From positions 65,420 to 129,419 of the forward strand of contig JAZQFD010000029.1 in the NCBI GenBank assembly GCA_045539335.1: a stretch of DNA of 64,000 nucleotides, in the 5' to 3' direction. Each line of letters opens with the position of its first letter. Position 1 is the first letter of the stretch. This stretch comes from Eubacteriales bacterium. GTDB lineage: Bacteria; Bacillota; Clostridia; Oscillospirales; QAKW01. Position numbers and translations under genes: made by a program. Shown here piece after piece: positions 44,373 to 53,922 of the stretch. Under the pieces are notes generated by a model. The model ran no database searches and was not told where the DNA came from. It worked only from the letters and a program-made list of their open reading frames with translations.

Positions 44373-44837
44373 ATGTTTATATGGTCAGTTAAAATCAACC
44401 GTAATCTTATTTGGAGTATATGTGCGGTCATTTGCTTATCAATTGGCGCTTTTGCAGTTTTCTCTCCGAAAGCATCAACGAGTGTTTTGAAAAATTCTAT
44501 TGACACAGTTGCAAAAACAACGGAGCAACAGGTGGCATTGCTTAAGGCTTTTGGTTATGAGGTTGATCCACAGCCTATTTTGATCGAAGAAGTCATTATT
44601 CCTTCTGAATTTGATGAAGGATATAATACATATAACGATTATCAAAGGTTAAGCGGATTTGATCTTTCAAAATACAAAGGAACCCGTGCAAAAAAATATA
44701 CTTATACGGTACTAAACTATCCTGATCAGAAGGATGATGTTGTGGCGAACCTGCTTGTATACAACGGAAAAGCGGTTGGCGGCGATATTTCTTCTGTACA
44801 GTTAAATGGATTTGTTCATGGATTTGTAAAAGAATAA
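44373..44837 (+). CDS. Small membrane-anchored protein (DUF4830-like from memory)
   Basis: N-terminal TM segment LIWSICAVICLSIGAFAVF, then a ~120-aa domain (LKAFGYEVDPQPILIEEVIIPSEFDEGYNTYNDYQ). Confidence 0.45.
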   Translation: MFIWSVKINRNLIWSICAVICLSIGAFAVFSPKASTSVLKNSIDTVAKTTEQQVALLKAFGYEVDPQPILIEEVIIPSEFDEGYNTYNDYQRLSGFDLSKYKGTRAKKYTYTVLNYPDQKDDVVANLLVYNGKAVGGDISSVQLNGFVHGFVKE

Positions 44838-44875
44838 AGATGTGTTCGGATTAATTCCGAACACATCTTTTGTTT
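44837..44875 (+). terminator. Rho-independent terminator
   Basis: Stem aagatgtgttcgga, loop ttaa, stem ttccgaacacatctt, then a T-rich tail. Confidence 0.8.
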
Positions 44876-44935
44876 CTTGACAATAAAGACAGAAATTCCT
44901 ATAATAGACTCAGCATAGTTTTGGAGGATGTATTC

Positions 44936-45634
44936 TTGAGACTGGATAAATTCTTGTGTGATACGCTAAACTATACCAGAAGCGAAATAAAAAAGATCAT
45001 CGGATCCGGTCGAGTGTCCTTAAACGGAGAAATAGTGCGCACCGGAAGCATACACGTAGATGATCAGATTGTATGCTTTGATGGGGAGGAAGTTTCATAT
45101 CAGCAATTCTTCTATATCATGCTCCATAAGCCTAAGGGTTACATTTGCGCTAATCACGATCGATCTAATAAAACAGTTTTTGATCTTCTTCCGAAAGAGT
45201 ATCAAAAAAAAGATTTATTTGTGTGCGGAAGATTGGATAAAGATACAACAGGACTTGTGTTGATCACCAATAATGGTGCAGTAGCACATCGTTTGTTGGC
45301 GCCCAAAAAAGAAGTTTACAAAGAATATATTGTTGGGTTACGGGATAAAGTTTCTACAGAAGACATCATGCGTTTAAAGGATGGAATCATATTAAGAGAC
45401 GGTTTACATTGCAAACCGGCTTATTTCGAGCCTTGTGATGAAAAAGTCGGTGTAATTAAGATTTCTGAAGGAAAGTACCATCAAATTAAACGAATGTTTG
45501 CAGCGCTTGGAAATGAAGTGATTTCTCTCCATCGAAGCAGCATACATGGCTTGCAATTGGATCAAAATCTTCCGATAGGGGAGTGTCGGTATCTTACGGA
45601 TGCGGAAATCAAGTCCATTGAGATGATCGAATAG
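44936..45634 (+). CDS. rsuA: RsuA/RluB-family rRNA pseudouridine synthase (S4 domain + catalytic domain)
   Basis: The TTG start follows a GGAGGA RBS. LRLDKFLCDT...RVSLNGE is the S4 domain. The catalytic motif is GRLDKDTTGLVLITN. Confidence 0.8.
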   Translation: MRLDKFLCDTLNYTRSEIKKIIGSGRVSLNGEIVRTGSIHVDDQIVCFDGEEVSYQQFFYIMLHKPKGYICANHDRSNKTVFDLLPKEYQKKDLFVCGRLDKDTTGLVLITNNGAVAHRLLAPKKEVYKEYIVGLRDKVSTEDIMRLKDGIILRDGLHCKPAYFEPCDEKVGVIKISEGKYHQIKRMFAALGNEVISLHRSSIHGLQLDQNLPIGECRYLTDAEIKSIEMIE

Positions 45635-45803
45635 TTTTGGCATTTCAACCAAAAAAACCTGCAGTTTCGTTTTAGGTGCGGAATCTTTGTGCAGAATTAC
45701 TAAATTGTAAACATGAAATTTGTTCAAAAAAAGTATTTAATTTTATATTGTTTTATGGTATAGTTATCATAGTTAATAATGCTTATTCAGGAGGTTTAAC
45801 GAA

Positions 45804-46913
45804 ATGGCAAGTTTGTCATTAAAAGGCATTTACAAAAGATATCCCGGTGGTGTTGTTGCAGTTTCCGATTTCAATCTGGAAATTGAAGACAAAGAGTTTT
45901 TGGTTCTTGTTGGTCCTTCCGGTTGTGGTAAATCTACCACTTTGAGAATGATCGCCGGTCTGGAAGAAATCACTGAAGGTGAACTGTTCATTGGTGACAA
46001 ACTTGTTAATGACGTTGCTCCCAAGGATAGAGACATCGCAATGGTGTTCCAGAACTACGCTCTGTATCCTCATATGACCTGTTTTGATAACATGGCATTT
46101 GGTCTGAAGCTTAGAAAGACCCCCAAGGACGAGATCAAGAGACGTGTAGAAGAGGCCGCTAAGATCCTCGACATCAGCCACTTGCTCGACAGAAAGCCTA
46201 AGGCTTTGTCCGGTGGTCAGCGTCAGCGTGTTGCTTTGGGTCGTGCAATCGTTCGTGAACCTAAAGTATTCTTGCTCGATGAGCCTTTGTCCAACTTGGA
46301 TGCTAAGCTTCGTGCTCAGATGAGAACCGAGCTTTCTAAGATTCACCACAATTTGAAAACCACCTTTATTTATGTAACCCATGACCAGACTGAGGCTATG
46401 ACCATGGCTACCAGAATCGTTGTTATGAAAGACGGTTTGATTCAGCAGGTTGATACTCCTCAAAATCTGTATCTCTATCCCTGCAATGTTTTCGTTGCCG
46501 GCTTTATCGGATCTCCCCAGATGAACTTTGTTAAGGTTCAGTTGGTTGAAAAGGCTGATGGTTACTACATCGAGTTTGCTGACAATTCCTTGAAGCTGCC
46601 CGAAAACAAGATTAACGATGCAGTAAAAGAAAAGGTTGGTCAGAATTTGATCCTCGGTATTCGTCCTGAGCATGTTCATGACGAGGAAGAGCATCTGAAG
46701 AATTTGCCCGGTTATATCGTTACTGCTAACGTTGAAGTCGCTGAGAAGATGGGTTCTGAGACTTATCTGTATCTGGACGTTGAGGGTAGCAAGTACACCG
46801 CTCGTGTATCTCCTAAGTCTACCGCCGTTGCAGATGATGTAATTAAAGTTGCTTTGGATCTCGAGTATTGCCATCTCTTTGATGCGGAAACCGAACAAAC
46901 CTTAGTGAACTAA
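45804..46913 (+). CDS. MsmX/UgpC/MalK-type sugar ABC transporter ATP-binding protein (orphan, no adjacent permease)
   Basis: Walker A GPSGCGKST, Q-loop, signature LSGGQRQRV, Walker B FLLDEPLSNLD, and a C-terminal TOBE-like regulatory domain. Confidence 0.9.
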   Translation: MASLSLKGIYKRYPGGVVAVSDFNLEIEDKEFLVLVGPSGCGKSTTLRMIAGLEEITEGELFIGDKLVNDVAPKDRDIAMVFQNYALYPHMTCFDNMAFGLKLRKTPKDEIKRRVEEAAKILDISHLLDRKPKALSGGQRQRVALGRAIVREPKVFLLDEPLSNLDAKLRAQMRTELSKIHHNLKTTFIYVTHDQTEAMTMATRIVVMKDGLIQQVDTPQNLYLYPCNVFVAGFIGSPQMNFVKVQLVEKADGYYIEFADNSLKLPENKINDAVKEKVGQNLILGIRPEHVHDEEEHLKNLPGYIVTANVEVAEKMGSETYLYLDVEGSKYTARVSPKSTAVADDVIKVALDLEYCHLFDAETEQTLVN

Positions 46914-46927
46914 TTCCTATTATAAAA

Positions 46928-46954
46928 GCGCTCCGTTTTTTCGGAGCGCTTTTT
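46928..46954 (+). terminator. Rho-independent terminator
   Basis: Stem gcgctccg, loop tttttt, stem cggagcgc, then a T-run. Confidence 0.85.
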
Positions 46955-47088
46955 ATTTTTTGAAAAACATGGCCATCTGTTGTGCAATGTTAACAAATTT
47001 TTTTATAAAAAACTGTTGAAAAAGATACCGAAATGTTGTAAAATCTATAATAGCATTACATTTTTAATGTATAGGAGGAGTATTGGGT

Positions 47089-48174
47089 ATGTCCAATCGT
47101 TTTTTTCAAAGTGTTGTTTATCAGTTAAAGGATAGTATTGATCGTACGGTCGGCGTTATTGATGAAAATGGCGTCGTAATTTCCTGTAGCGATTTAATCA
47201 AAATCGGAGAAGTGCATGAAAATATAATCTCTTCTATTTCTGCTACAATGGAAAGTGTAACGGAGGATGGCTATACGTATAAGCCCTTGAACTCTCGCTC
47301 CGGTTTGGAGTATGTTGCATTCGTTGAGGGAACCGATGAACTGGCGTCTCGTTACATCAACCTGATTACCATTACCTTAACCAATATTAAGCAATGTTAC
47401 GATGAAAAATTCGATAAGAACAATTTTGTGAAGAATGTTATTTTAGATAATATTCTTCCCGGGGATATTTATATCAAAGCAAAGGAACTGCGGTTTGAGG
47501 TTGAAGCCTGCCGTGTTGTTATTTTAATTCGTCTTTCCGATAAAAGCGATGTTTCTGCCTATGATATTTTGCAAGGGCTGTTTCCGGATCGTCAAAAAGA
47601 CTTTATCATCAACATCAATGAGACCGACTTGGTGCTGGTGAAGGAAGTTAAGAATATCAGTGATAATAAAGATCTTGAAAAACTGGCTAAGAGCATTGTT
47701 GCCAGCGTCAGTAGTGAGCTTTACATCAAATCTTATGTTGGTATTGGAACGATTGTTGACAACTTGAAAGATCTTCCTCGTTCTTTTAATGAGGCTCAAA
47801 TTGCCTTGGAAGTCGGCAAAGTGTTTGACACCGAGAAGTTCATAATGACCTATGATAATCTTGGAATCGGACGCTTGATTTATCAACTTCCCACCACTCT
47901 TTGCGAGATGTTCTTATCTGAAGTCTTCAAAAAAGGGTCTATTGAATCTTTGGATTATGAAACCCTCTTCACTATTCAAAAGTTTTTTGAAAATAACCTG
48001 AATGTATCGGAGACCTCCCGTAAGCTTTTTGTTCATCGGAATACCCTTGTATATCGTCTTGAAAAGATTCGCAAGCTGACCGGTTTGGATCTAAGACGGT
48101 TTGACCATGCCATCGTGTTTAAAGTGGCATTAATGGTTAAAAAGTATTTGACTGCTAATCCGACAAAGTTTTAA
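47089..48174 (+). CDS. PucR/CdaR-family transcriptional regulator
   Basis: C-terminal PucR HTH domain (NVSETSRKLFVHRNTLVYRLEKIRKLTGLDLR). ATG at 47089 after an AGGAGG RBS. Confidence 0.75.
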   Translation: MSNRFFQSVVYQLKDSIDRTVGVIDENGVVISCSDLIKIGEVHENIISSISATMESVTEDGYTYKPLNSRSGLEYVAFVEGTDELASRYINLITITLTNIKQCYDEKFDKNNFVKNVILDNILPGDIYIKAKELRFEVEACRVVILIRLSDKSDVSAYDILQGLFPDRQKDFIININETDLVLVKEVKNISDNKDLEKLAKSIVASVSSELYIKSYVGIGTIVDNLKDLPRSFNEAQIALEVGKVFDTEKFIMTYDNLGIGRLIYQLPTTLCEMFLSEVFKKGSIESLDYETLFTIQKFFENNLNVSETSRKLFVHRNTLVYRLEKIRKLTGLDLRRFDHAIVFKVALMVKKYLTANPTKF

Positions 48175-48187
48175 TTAAGGGGTTAAT

Positions 48188-48874
48188 ATGATTCTTTTTG
48201 ATGATGTTTATAAAAGCTATCCGAACGGAACCAATGCGCTAAATGGTATTTCCTTTAAAATTGAAGACGGTGAATTTGTTTTTATTATCGGCGCCAGCGG
48301 TGCAGGGAAGAGCACAGTTATCAAATTATTGATGCATGAGGAAGTGCCGACCGGCGGAACCGTAATCGTGGGCGATTATAACATAAAAAAAATGCGAAAT
48401 TCCAAGGTGCCGATGTTGCGTCGCAGCATGGGAGTTGTTTTTCAAGATTTCCGCTTAATCGATAATCTTACTGTGTTTGATAACGTAGCTTTTGCCATGC
48501 GTGCAGTGGGATGCTCTCAGCGCACCATTCGCCGCCGTGTACCTTATGTACTAGGCGTTGTTGGCCTTGGGCATAAGGCAAAAAACTATCCCGATGAACT
48601 CTCCGGCGGAGAGCAGCAGCGGGTTGCTATGGCTCGTGCCCTCGTAAATAATCCTCGTATGATTATCGCCGATGAGCCTACCGGAAATGTTGATCCCGAG
48701 ATGGCTCGTGAGATTATGGAACTATTAAATCAAATCAACCAAAACGGCACAACAGTCATTGTTGTTACCCATGACAATACATTGGTTAATGAGTTTAACA
48801 AGCGTGTGATTCACATTGAAAAAGGTCGAGTGACGAGTGATCAGGTTGGCGGATACTACGCCGAGCAAGAGTAA
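48188..48874 (+). CDS. ftsE: Cell division ATP-binding protein FtsE
   Basis: Walker [10 protein letters not shown], signature LSGGEQQRV, Walker [12 protein letters not shown]. 228 aa, directly upstream of ftsX. Confidence 0.9.
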   Translation: MILFDDVYKSYPNGTNALNGISFKIEDGEFVFIIGASGAGKSTVIKLLMHEEVPTGGTVIVGDYNIKKMRNSKVPMLRRSMGVVFQDFRLIDNLTVFDNVAFAMRAVGCSQRTIRRRVPYVLGVVGLGHKAKNYPDELSGGEQQRVAMARALVNNPRMIIADEPTGNVDPEMAREIMELLNQINQNGTTVIVVTHDNTLVNEFNKRVIHIEKGRVTSDQVGGYYAEQE

Positions 48875-48885
48875 GGAGGGACGAA

Positions 48886-49764
48886 ATGTATTTTCTTCAA
48901 TCCGCTTTTAAAAGCATTCGAAAAAACTATTTAATGTCCTTTGCCTCCATTTTTGTATTGGTTGCTTGTATGTTGATCATCGGGTCTGTATTTTTGTGTT
49001 CTGCCAATATCGATGCTTTGATGGATGATCTTGGATCAAACAATGAGATTGTGGCTTATGTGGATGATGAGTTGGATGAAAGCGAGTTTTCCGCACTGAA
49101 GGCCGAATTGGAATCCATTGAATATGTCGAGAGTGTTCAGTTTGTCACTAAAGATGCCGCATTGGCGGAGTATCAGGAACGTTTTGGGGAAGATGGCTCT
49201 TATCTTTCGTGGTTTTATGGTGACGAAAATCCTTTGCGCAATGAATTCCGTATTCATGTAGGAGAAAAGGATTTGGAGCATTTTGAATCCGTAACGGAGG
49301 AAGTTGCTTTAACCGATGGCGTTGCTAACACTTCGGATTCCCAGGATGTTGTGAACGTTTTGCTTTCTTTGCAAAATGTAATGGATGTTCTCGGGTTCTG
49401 GATCATGATTCTTTTGGCGCTGGTTTCTTGGTTTATTGTTTATAATACCATTAAGTTGGCTATGTATAATCGCCGCCATGAAATTAATATCATGAAATAT
49501 GTGGGCGCAACGAATGGATTTATTCGTACCCCCTTCATTTTGGAGGGTGTGATCCTTGGGTTGTGTGCTGCTGCAATTTCCTTTGCAGTTCAGTGGATTA
49601 TATATGTCTATCTGCTTCAACCCTTGGTCGCAGATCTTCAATTTGTTGTTACCATTCCCTTTGCCACTCTGGCACCGGTTATTGCCATATATTTTGGCAT
49701 AATTGGTCTGTTGGTTGGTTTGATCGGTAGCGGATTCTCGATTAATAAGTATTTAAAGGTATAG
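48886..49764 (+). CDS. ftsX: Permease-like cell division protein FtsX
   Basis: One TM segment, a large extracellular domain, then 3 TM segments. The conserved IMKYVGATNGFIRTPF motif is present. Confidence 0.88.
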   Translation: MYFLQSAFKSIRKNYLMSFASIFVLVACMLIIGSVFLCSANIDALMDDLGSNNEIVAYVDDELDESEFSALKAELESIEYVESVQFVTKDAALAEYQERFGEDGSYLSWFYGDENPLRNEFRIHVGEKDLEHFESVTEEVALTDGVANTSDSQDVVNVLLSLQNVMDVLGFWIMILLALVSWFIVYNTIKLAMYNRRHEINIMKYVGATNGFIRTPFILEGVILGLCAAAISFAVQWIIYVYLLQPLVADLQFVVTIPFATLAPVIAIYFGIIGLLVGLIGSGFSINKYLKV

Positions 49765-49772
49765 GTGTATTT

Positions 49773-50957
49773 ATGAGAAAATGGCGATCTATAATTGCCT
49801 TATTAATTGTAATTTTGCTGGTTCTCGGAATGTTTACCACCATTGCTTTCAGCTTTCAAACCAATGCTTCCGAAGTTTCGGATATGCAGCATGAGCTGGA
49901 TGATTTGATTTCAAAGCGGGAAAAGCTTGAAAAAGAATTAGAAGCAATTAAAAATAAAAAGGACGCAGCACTAGAGCAAAAAGTTATTTTAGATCAACAG
50001 ATCATGGATTTGAATGCTGAGGCTGACATTTTGGATGGAATGGTTGATGCACTTTCCGAAGAATTAGATGCCAGTGAAGCAGCATTGGAAAAAGCTCAGG
50101 ATGTCTTAGATGAGAACATTGATCTTGCTAAAGACAGAATACGAGCAATGTATGAACTGGGAAATACCTCTTATTTGAGCATCATTCTCAGTTCCGGATC
50201 TTTACACGATTTCATCGCTCGTGTTGAGATGGTTAAGCAGATGTCTGCCTATGACCAAAAAGTAATTGATGAACTAAAAGCAACGAAAACTACGATTGAG
50301 GAAGAAACCAAAGCAATAACCGAAAAAAAGGAAGCGCAAGAAAAGGCTTTATCTGCACTGGAAAGTAATGTTTCTTCTTTAAAGAAAAAGCAATCCCAAA
50401 GCGCAGCCCTTATTGATGGTTTTAATGAGAAAACAGCCGAAAACATTAAAGCCATTGAAGCTGCGGAGCGTGCAGAAGCTGAATTGCAAGCCGAGATTCG
50501 AAAGGCTCTTGCAAACAGTAGTAACGATACTTTTGTTGGTGGTCAATTTCTTTGGCCAATTCCCGGTTATTACACAGTCACCAGTGAATTTGGTTATCGC
50601 ACTCATCCGACTACCGGTGTTTATAAACTGCATACCGGCGTTGATATTGCCGGTAGTAAAATCAGCGGAAAACCGATTTTAGCTGCAAATGGCGGCACAG
50701 TACTAAAAGCAGGCTACAACCGTGGTTATGGTAACTATGTAGTAATTGACCATGGCGGTGGCTTCAGCACTCTTTATGCTCACGCCAGCAGTCTGGCAGT
50801 TTCAGCAGGTCAGACCGTTGCTCGTGGAGATACCGTTGCCTATGTAGGCACCAGCGGATATTCTACCGGATATCATCTTCATTTTGAGATTATTGAAAAT
50901 GGGGAATACCAAAACCCGCTTTCATATTTTAATGAAATTAACTTTACTTTTGCTTAA
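49773..50957 (+). CDS. Coiled-coil + M23 (LytM) peptidase with intact catalytic motifs
   Basis: Signal/anchor, then a ~230-aa coiled coil, then an M23 domain with HTGVD (HxxxD) and YHLHFE (HxH). Confidence 0.85.
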   Translation: MRKWRSIIALLIVILLVLGMFTTIAFSFQTNASEVSDMQHELDDLISKREKLEKELEAIKNKKDAALEQKVILDQQIMDLNAEADILDGMVDALSEELDASEAALEKAQDVLDENIDLAKDRIRAMYELGNTSYLSIILSSGSLHDFIARVEMVKQMSAYDQKVIDELKATKTTIEEETKAITEKKEAQEKALSALESNVSSLKKKQSQSAALIDGFNEKTAENIKAIEAAERAEAELQAEIRKALANSSNDTFVGGQFLWPIPGYYTVTSEFGYRTHPTTGVYKLHTGVDIAGSKISGKPILAANGGTVLKAGYNRGYGNYVVIDHGGGFSTLYAHASSLAVSAGQTVARGDTVAYVGTSGYSTGYHLHFEIIENGEYQNPLSYFNEINFTFA

Positions 50958-50972
50958 TGGGCAGGTGTATGT

Positions 50973-52148
50973 ATGAAAAGAAAAGTTGAACTTGGCACTG
51001 TGATATTCTTTATCGTTGCCACAGTTCTGGTCACTTGCATTGCCACTTATATGTATATGGCACATATGGTGGAGCGCACAACCGGAAAAAGTGAAATGTT
51101 TGAAAAGCTTACCCGTGTATATCAAGTGGTCAATAATCGATATATTGGCTCAATTGATGAGGATTCAGCAATGGATTCATTGCTGAGCGGTTATATTGAT
51201 GGTGTAGATCGCTATGGTGTATATTTAAATAAGTCTTCTTACTTGGAATTTAAGAATTCTCAGGAAGGAAAAAATATTGGAATCGGCGTTACTGTAAAGT
51301 ATGTTGCTTCGACCGGATATCTAAAGGTGACTCGTGTGATTCCTGGCTCTCCGGCGGAATCTGCTGGTGTATTGGCTGGTGATATCATTGCCCGTATTGG
51401 AAACGACGATGTATCTCAAATGAGTTATACAGACGCTACAAATCGTCTTCAGGCGAGTGTTGGTTCTGAAATTAAGTTGACGGTTTTGCGCAATAACACC
51501 AGCATTCCGTTGAATGTGACTGTTCAGCAGTATACTGAAAAAACCGTCACATCAAAGTTGATGGTTTCTAAGGTTGGTTATATTGCAATCAGCGCATTTG
51601 ATGCGAATACTGCCAAAGATTTTAAAGCGGCGTATGATGAATTAAAGGGTGTTGGTGCGGTTAAGTTCATTTTTGATGTTCGCAACAATACCGGCGGTGC
51701 TTTATCTTCCGTTGTTGAAATCCTTGATTATTTGTTGCCGGAAGGAACCCTTTGCACGGTGCGTGATCGAAACGGCGGTGAAGATGTTTATACATCCAAC
51801 GCAGAATGTATGACCGGAGAATATGTTGTTTTAATTAATGGCGGAACCTATAGTGGAGGCGAGCTTTTTGCTGCGGCCATCCGTGATTATAAATATGGCA
51901 CTTTGATTGGAAAGAATACCTTTGGCAAAGGAATGGCACAAGAGATTATTCCTTTAGGAGATGAATCGGCAGTATATCTCTCCACCAATCTTTATTACCC
52001 GCCCAATGGTGTTAATTTTGATGGAATCGGAGTTGCCCCTGATGCAGAGGTCCTTCTAACTGCTGATTTAGAAGACCGGTTCTACGAGCTCACTTATGCA
52101 GAAGATCTTCAATTACAGGCAGCCATGACCCATTTAGGTGCTGCATAA
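50973..52148 (+). CDS. S41 family C-terminal processing peptidase (PDZ + catalytic domain)
   Basis: N-terminal TM segment. PDZ domain (GSPAESAGVLAGDIIARIG). Catalytic region NGGTYSGGELFAAAI and TFGKG (Ser/Lys dyad). Confidence 0.85.
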   Translation: MKRKVELGTVIFFIVATVLVTCIATYMYMAHMVERTTGKSEMFEKLTRVYQVVNNRYIGSIDEDSAMDSLLSGYIDGVDRYGVYLNKSSYLEFKNSQEGKNIGIGVTVKYVASTGYLKVTRVIPGSPAESAGVLAGDIIARIGNDDVSQMSYTDATNRLQASVGSEIKLTVLRNNTSIPLNVTVQQYTEKTVTSKLMVSKVGYIAISAFDANTAKDFKAAYDELKGVGAVKFIFDVRNNTGGALSSVVEILDYLLPEGTLCTVRDRNGGEDVYTSNAECMTGEYVVLINGGTYSGGELFAAAIRDYKYGTLIGKNTFGKGMAQEIIPLGDESAVYLSTNLYYPPNGVNFDGIGVAPDAEVLLTADLEDRFYELTYAEDLQLQAAMTHLGAA

Positions 52149-52151
52149 AAC

Positions 52152-52182
52152 AAAAAAGCGGAGTGTTTACTCCGCTTTTTTT
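52152..52182. terminator. Bidirectional terminator between the S41 peptidase and the convergent PAP2 gene
   Basis: Stem aaaaaagcggagt, loop gttt, stem actccgctttttt. Confidence 0.8.
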
Positions 52183-52832
52183 ATTAACTTTTTCCAAGAA
52201 GGTTTGTAGGCCAACAGATACATTGGTATTGCTAAGACGATTGAGCCAAACATATCTAAGATAGAATGTTGCTTAACAAACACCGTTGACAGACAAATGG
52301 AGATGGTAAGAAGTGTTACCAGCACAATGACCCATGGATGCTTTTTACACCATTCATTTTTCCATAATGCAATGTTCATGCCGATTGAATTAAAGCAATG
52401 AATGCTTGGAAAAACATCATGTGGGGTATCGCCTTCTTGCAACCATGCAATTGCGTCAATCAAGATATTATCACGCCCAAGAGTGGTATAATCAACTCGT
52501 AGGTTTTGGTAATTGGGAAAGAGCGTATAAATAATCAGGCAAATGGTCATTCCCGTGTAAAGGAAAATGCACATTCTTATAAAATCTTCTCGATTGTTGA
52601 AGATCAAAAACACAAACCCTGCCGCAATATAAGCGAACCATAGAAAATAGGGGATGACAAACCATTCATTAAATGGAATGAGATCATCCAATCTACTGTA
52701 AATCAGCGTAAGATTCGAGCGGGTGGGAGTGAACTGATTTAAAAAGTTAAACCAGGGAAGATAAAACGCAAAATAAATCAGCCATATTGTGTGGGGATAA
52801 TCTTGCTTGATTTTTTTAAACAGCTTAATCAT
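52167..52832 (-). CDS. PAP2-superfamily membrane protein (phosphatase / phospholipid head-group transferase-like)
   Basis: 6 TM segments. PAP2 C2 and C3-like motifs FPSIHCF and VFVKQHSILD. Confidence 0.6.
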   Translation of the reverse strand: MIKLFKKIKQDYPHTIWLIYFAFYLPWFNFLNQFTPTRSNLTLIYSRLDDLIPFNEWFVIPYFLWFAYIAAGFVFLIFNNREDFIRMCIFLYTGMTICLIIYTLFPNYQNLRVDYTTLGRDNILIDAIAWLQEGDTPHDVFPSIHCFNSIGMNIALWKNEWCKKHPWVIVLVTLLTISICLSTVFVKQHSILDMFGSIVLAIPMYLLAYKPSWKKLIKKAE

Positions 52833-52841
52833 AATTCACCA

Positions 52842-53861
52842 TTAATTGAATTTATATAATTTCTGGACAATGCGATATGCAATAACAGAGAATGTGCGTA
52901 CAACCTTATTTTTATGGGAGTATACACCTGCCAGCGAACGGTATCGCAAGTGTTTATAGTACTGAGGATGCTCTCTTTTGATATATTCCCAGTATTCCGC
53001 CAATTTATCGATTGAGTCTTTCGTTCCATCGATAGTCAAAAGAGAAGAAGCGATAAGAACCATAATGCTGGCATAATTAATCATACACCGATATAAGCGA
53101 GGCTCTATCTTTCGGATCTCCGTGAGATCGTGTCGCTTTAAAATCAACTTAGATACCAATATTTGCTGATCAACTCGCTTAATCATGTTTTTTTCATTGA
53201 CGGATTGATCTTCTCTTCCGATATAATAGCGATAAAAATCTGCATCGGAGTAATATAGTGTTTTTACATACGGCAGAGTGTAGTACAGAAAGATATTATC
53301 TACATAAAAGGTGTGTAAGGGAATGTTCAGCTCTGCTTTGCGCACCAATTCTGTGCGATAAAATGCCGAATGCATAATAATGTATCGAGTAATGTCATAG
53401 GCTCTGCATTCCGACCATGTAAACTTACGGTGACGGGGGAGAATGCCATGGTAGTGAACGGTATGATTCTTTCGCTCATCATGCTCATATACGTAATTGC
53501 AGATAATCATATCCAAAGGGTCTTGCGCATCAATGGATTCTTCAATGATTTGCAAAATCCTATGGTACGCATCAGGGTCTGCCCAGTCATCAGAATCTAC
53601 AATCTTATAATAAAGGCCTTCCGCAACCGAAAGTCCGGCCATAATGCCGGAGCCGTGACCGCCGTTCTCTTTATGAATCACTTTAATGATATCGGGGTAT
53701 TCTTCTTTATATCTATCGGCGATTTCTCCTGTTCGATCAGAGGAACCGTCGTTTACGATAATGATTTCAACCTTATTGCCGCCAATTAGCAAAGAGTCGA
53801 TGCAGCGCTTCATATAGGATTCGCTGTTATAACATGGTACGGCAAAGGAAATCAGTTTCAT
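52842..53861 (-). CDS. Family 2 glycosyltransferase
   Basis: FAVPCYNSESYMKRCIDSLL, IIVNDGSSD and DSDD (DxD) motifs. Confidence 0.85.
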   Translation of the reverse strand: MKLISFAVPCYNSESYMKRCIDSLLIGGNKVEIIIVNDGSSDRTGEIADRYKEEYPDIIKVIHKENGGHGSGIMAGLSVAEGLYYKIVDSDDWADPDAYHRILQIIEESIDAQDPLDMIICNYVYEHDERKNHTVHYHGILPRHRKFTWSECRAYDITRYIIMHSAFYRTELVRKAELNIPLHTFYVDNIFLYYTLPYVKTLYYSDADFYRYYIGREDQSVNEKNMIKRVDQQILVSKLILKRHDLTEIRKIEPRLYRCMINYASIMVLIASSLLTIDGTKDSIDKLAEYWEYIKREHPQYYKHLRYRSLAGVYSHKNKVVRTFSVIAYRIVQKLYKFN

Positions 53862-53922
53862 GAATAACCTCTCCTTTTACAATCTTTGTTCTATGATATA
53901 TTATCACATTCAGACCATAAAA

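Noticed and set aside
45706-45726. A cre-like (CcpA) sequence upstream of the MsmX-type ATPase gene (tgtaaacatgaaatttgttca)
   Set aside because: It lacks the central CG and the dyad symmetry of the cre consensus, so it is probably chance similarity in AT-rich DNA.
45819-46898. A 359-aa minus-strand ORF mirroring the MsmX-type ATPase gene
   Set aside because: Same reasoning as above. The sense strand has complete Walker A, signature and Walker B motifs, and the antisense translation has no motifs and no translation signals.
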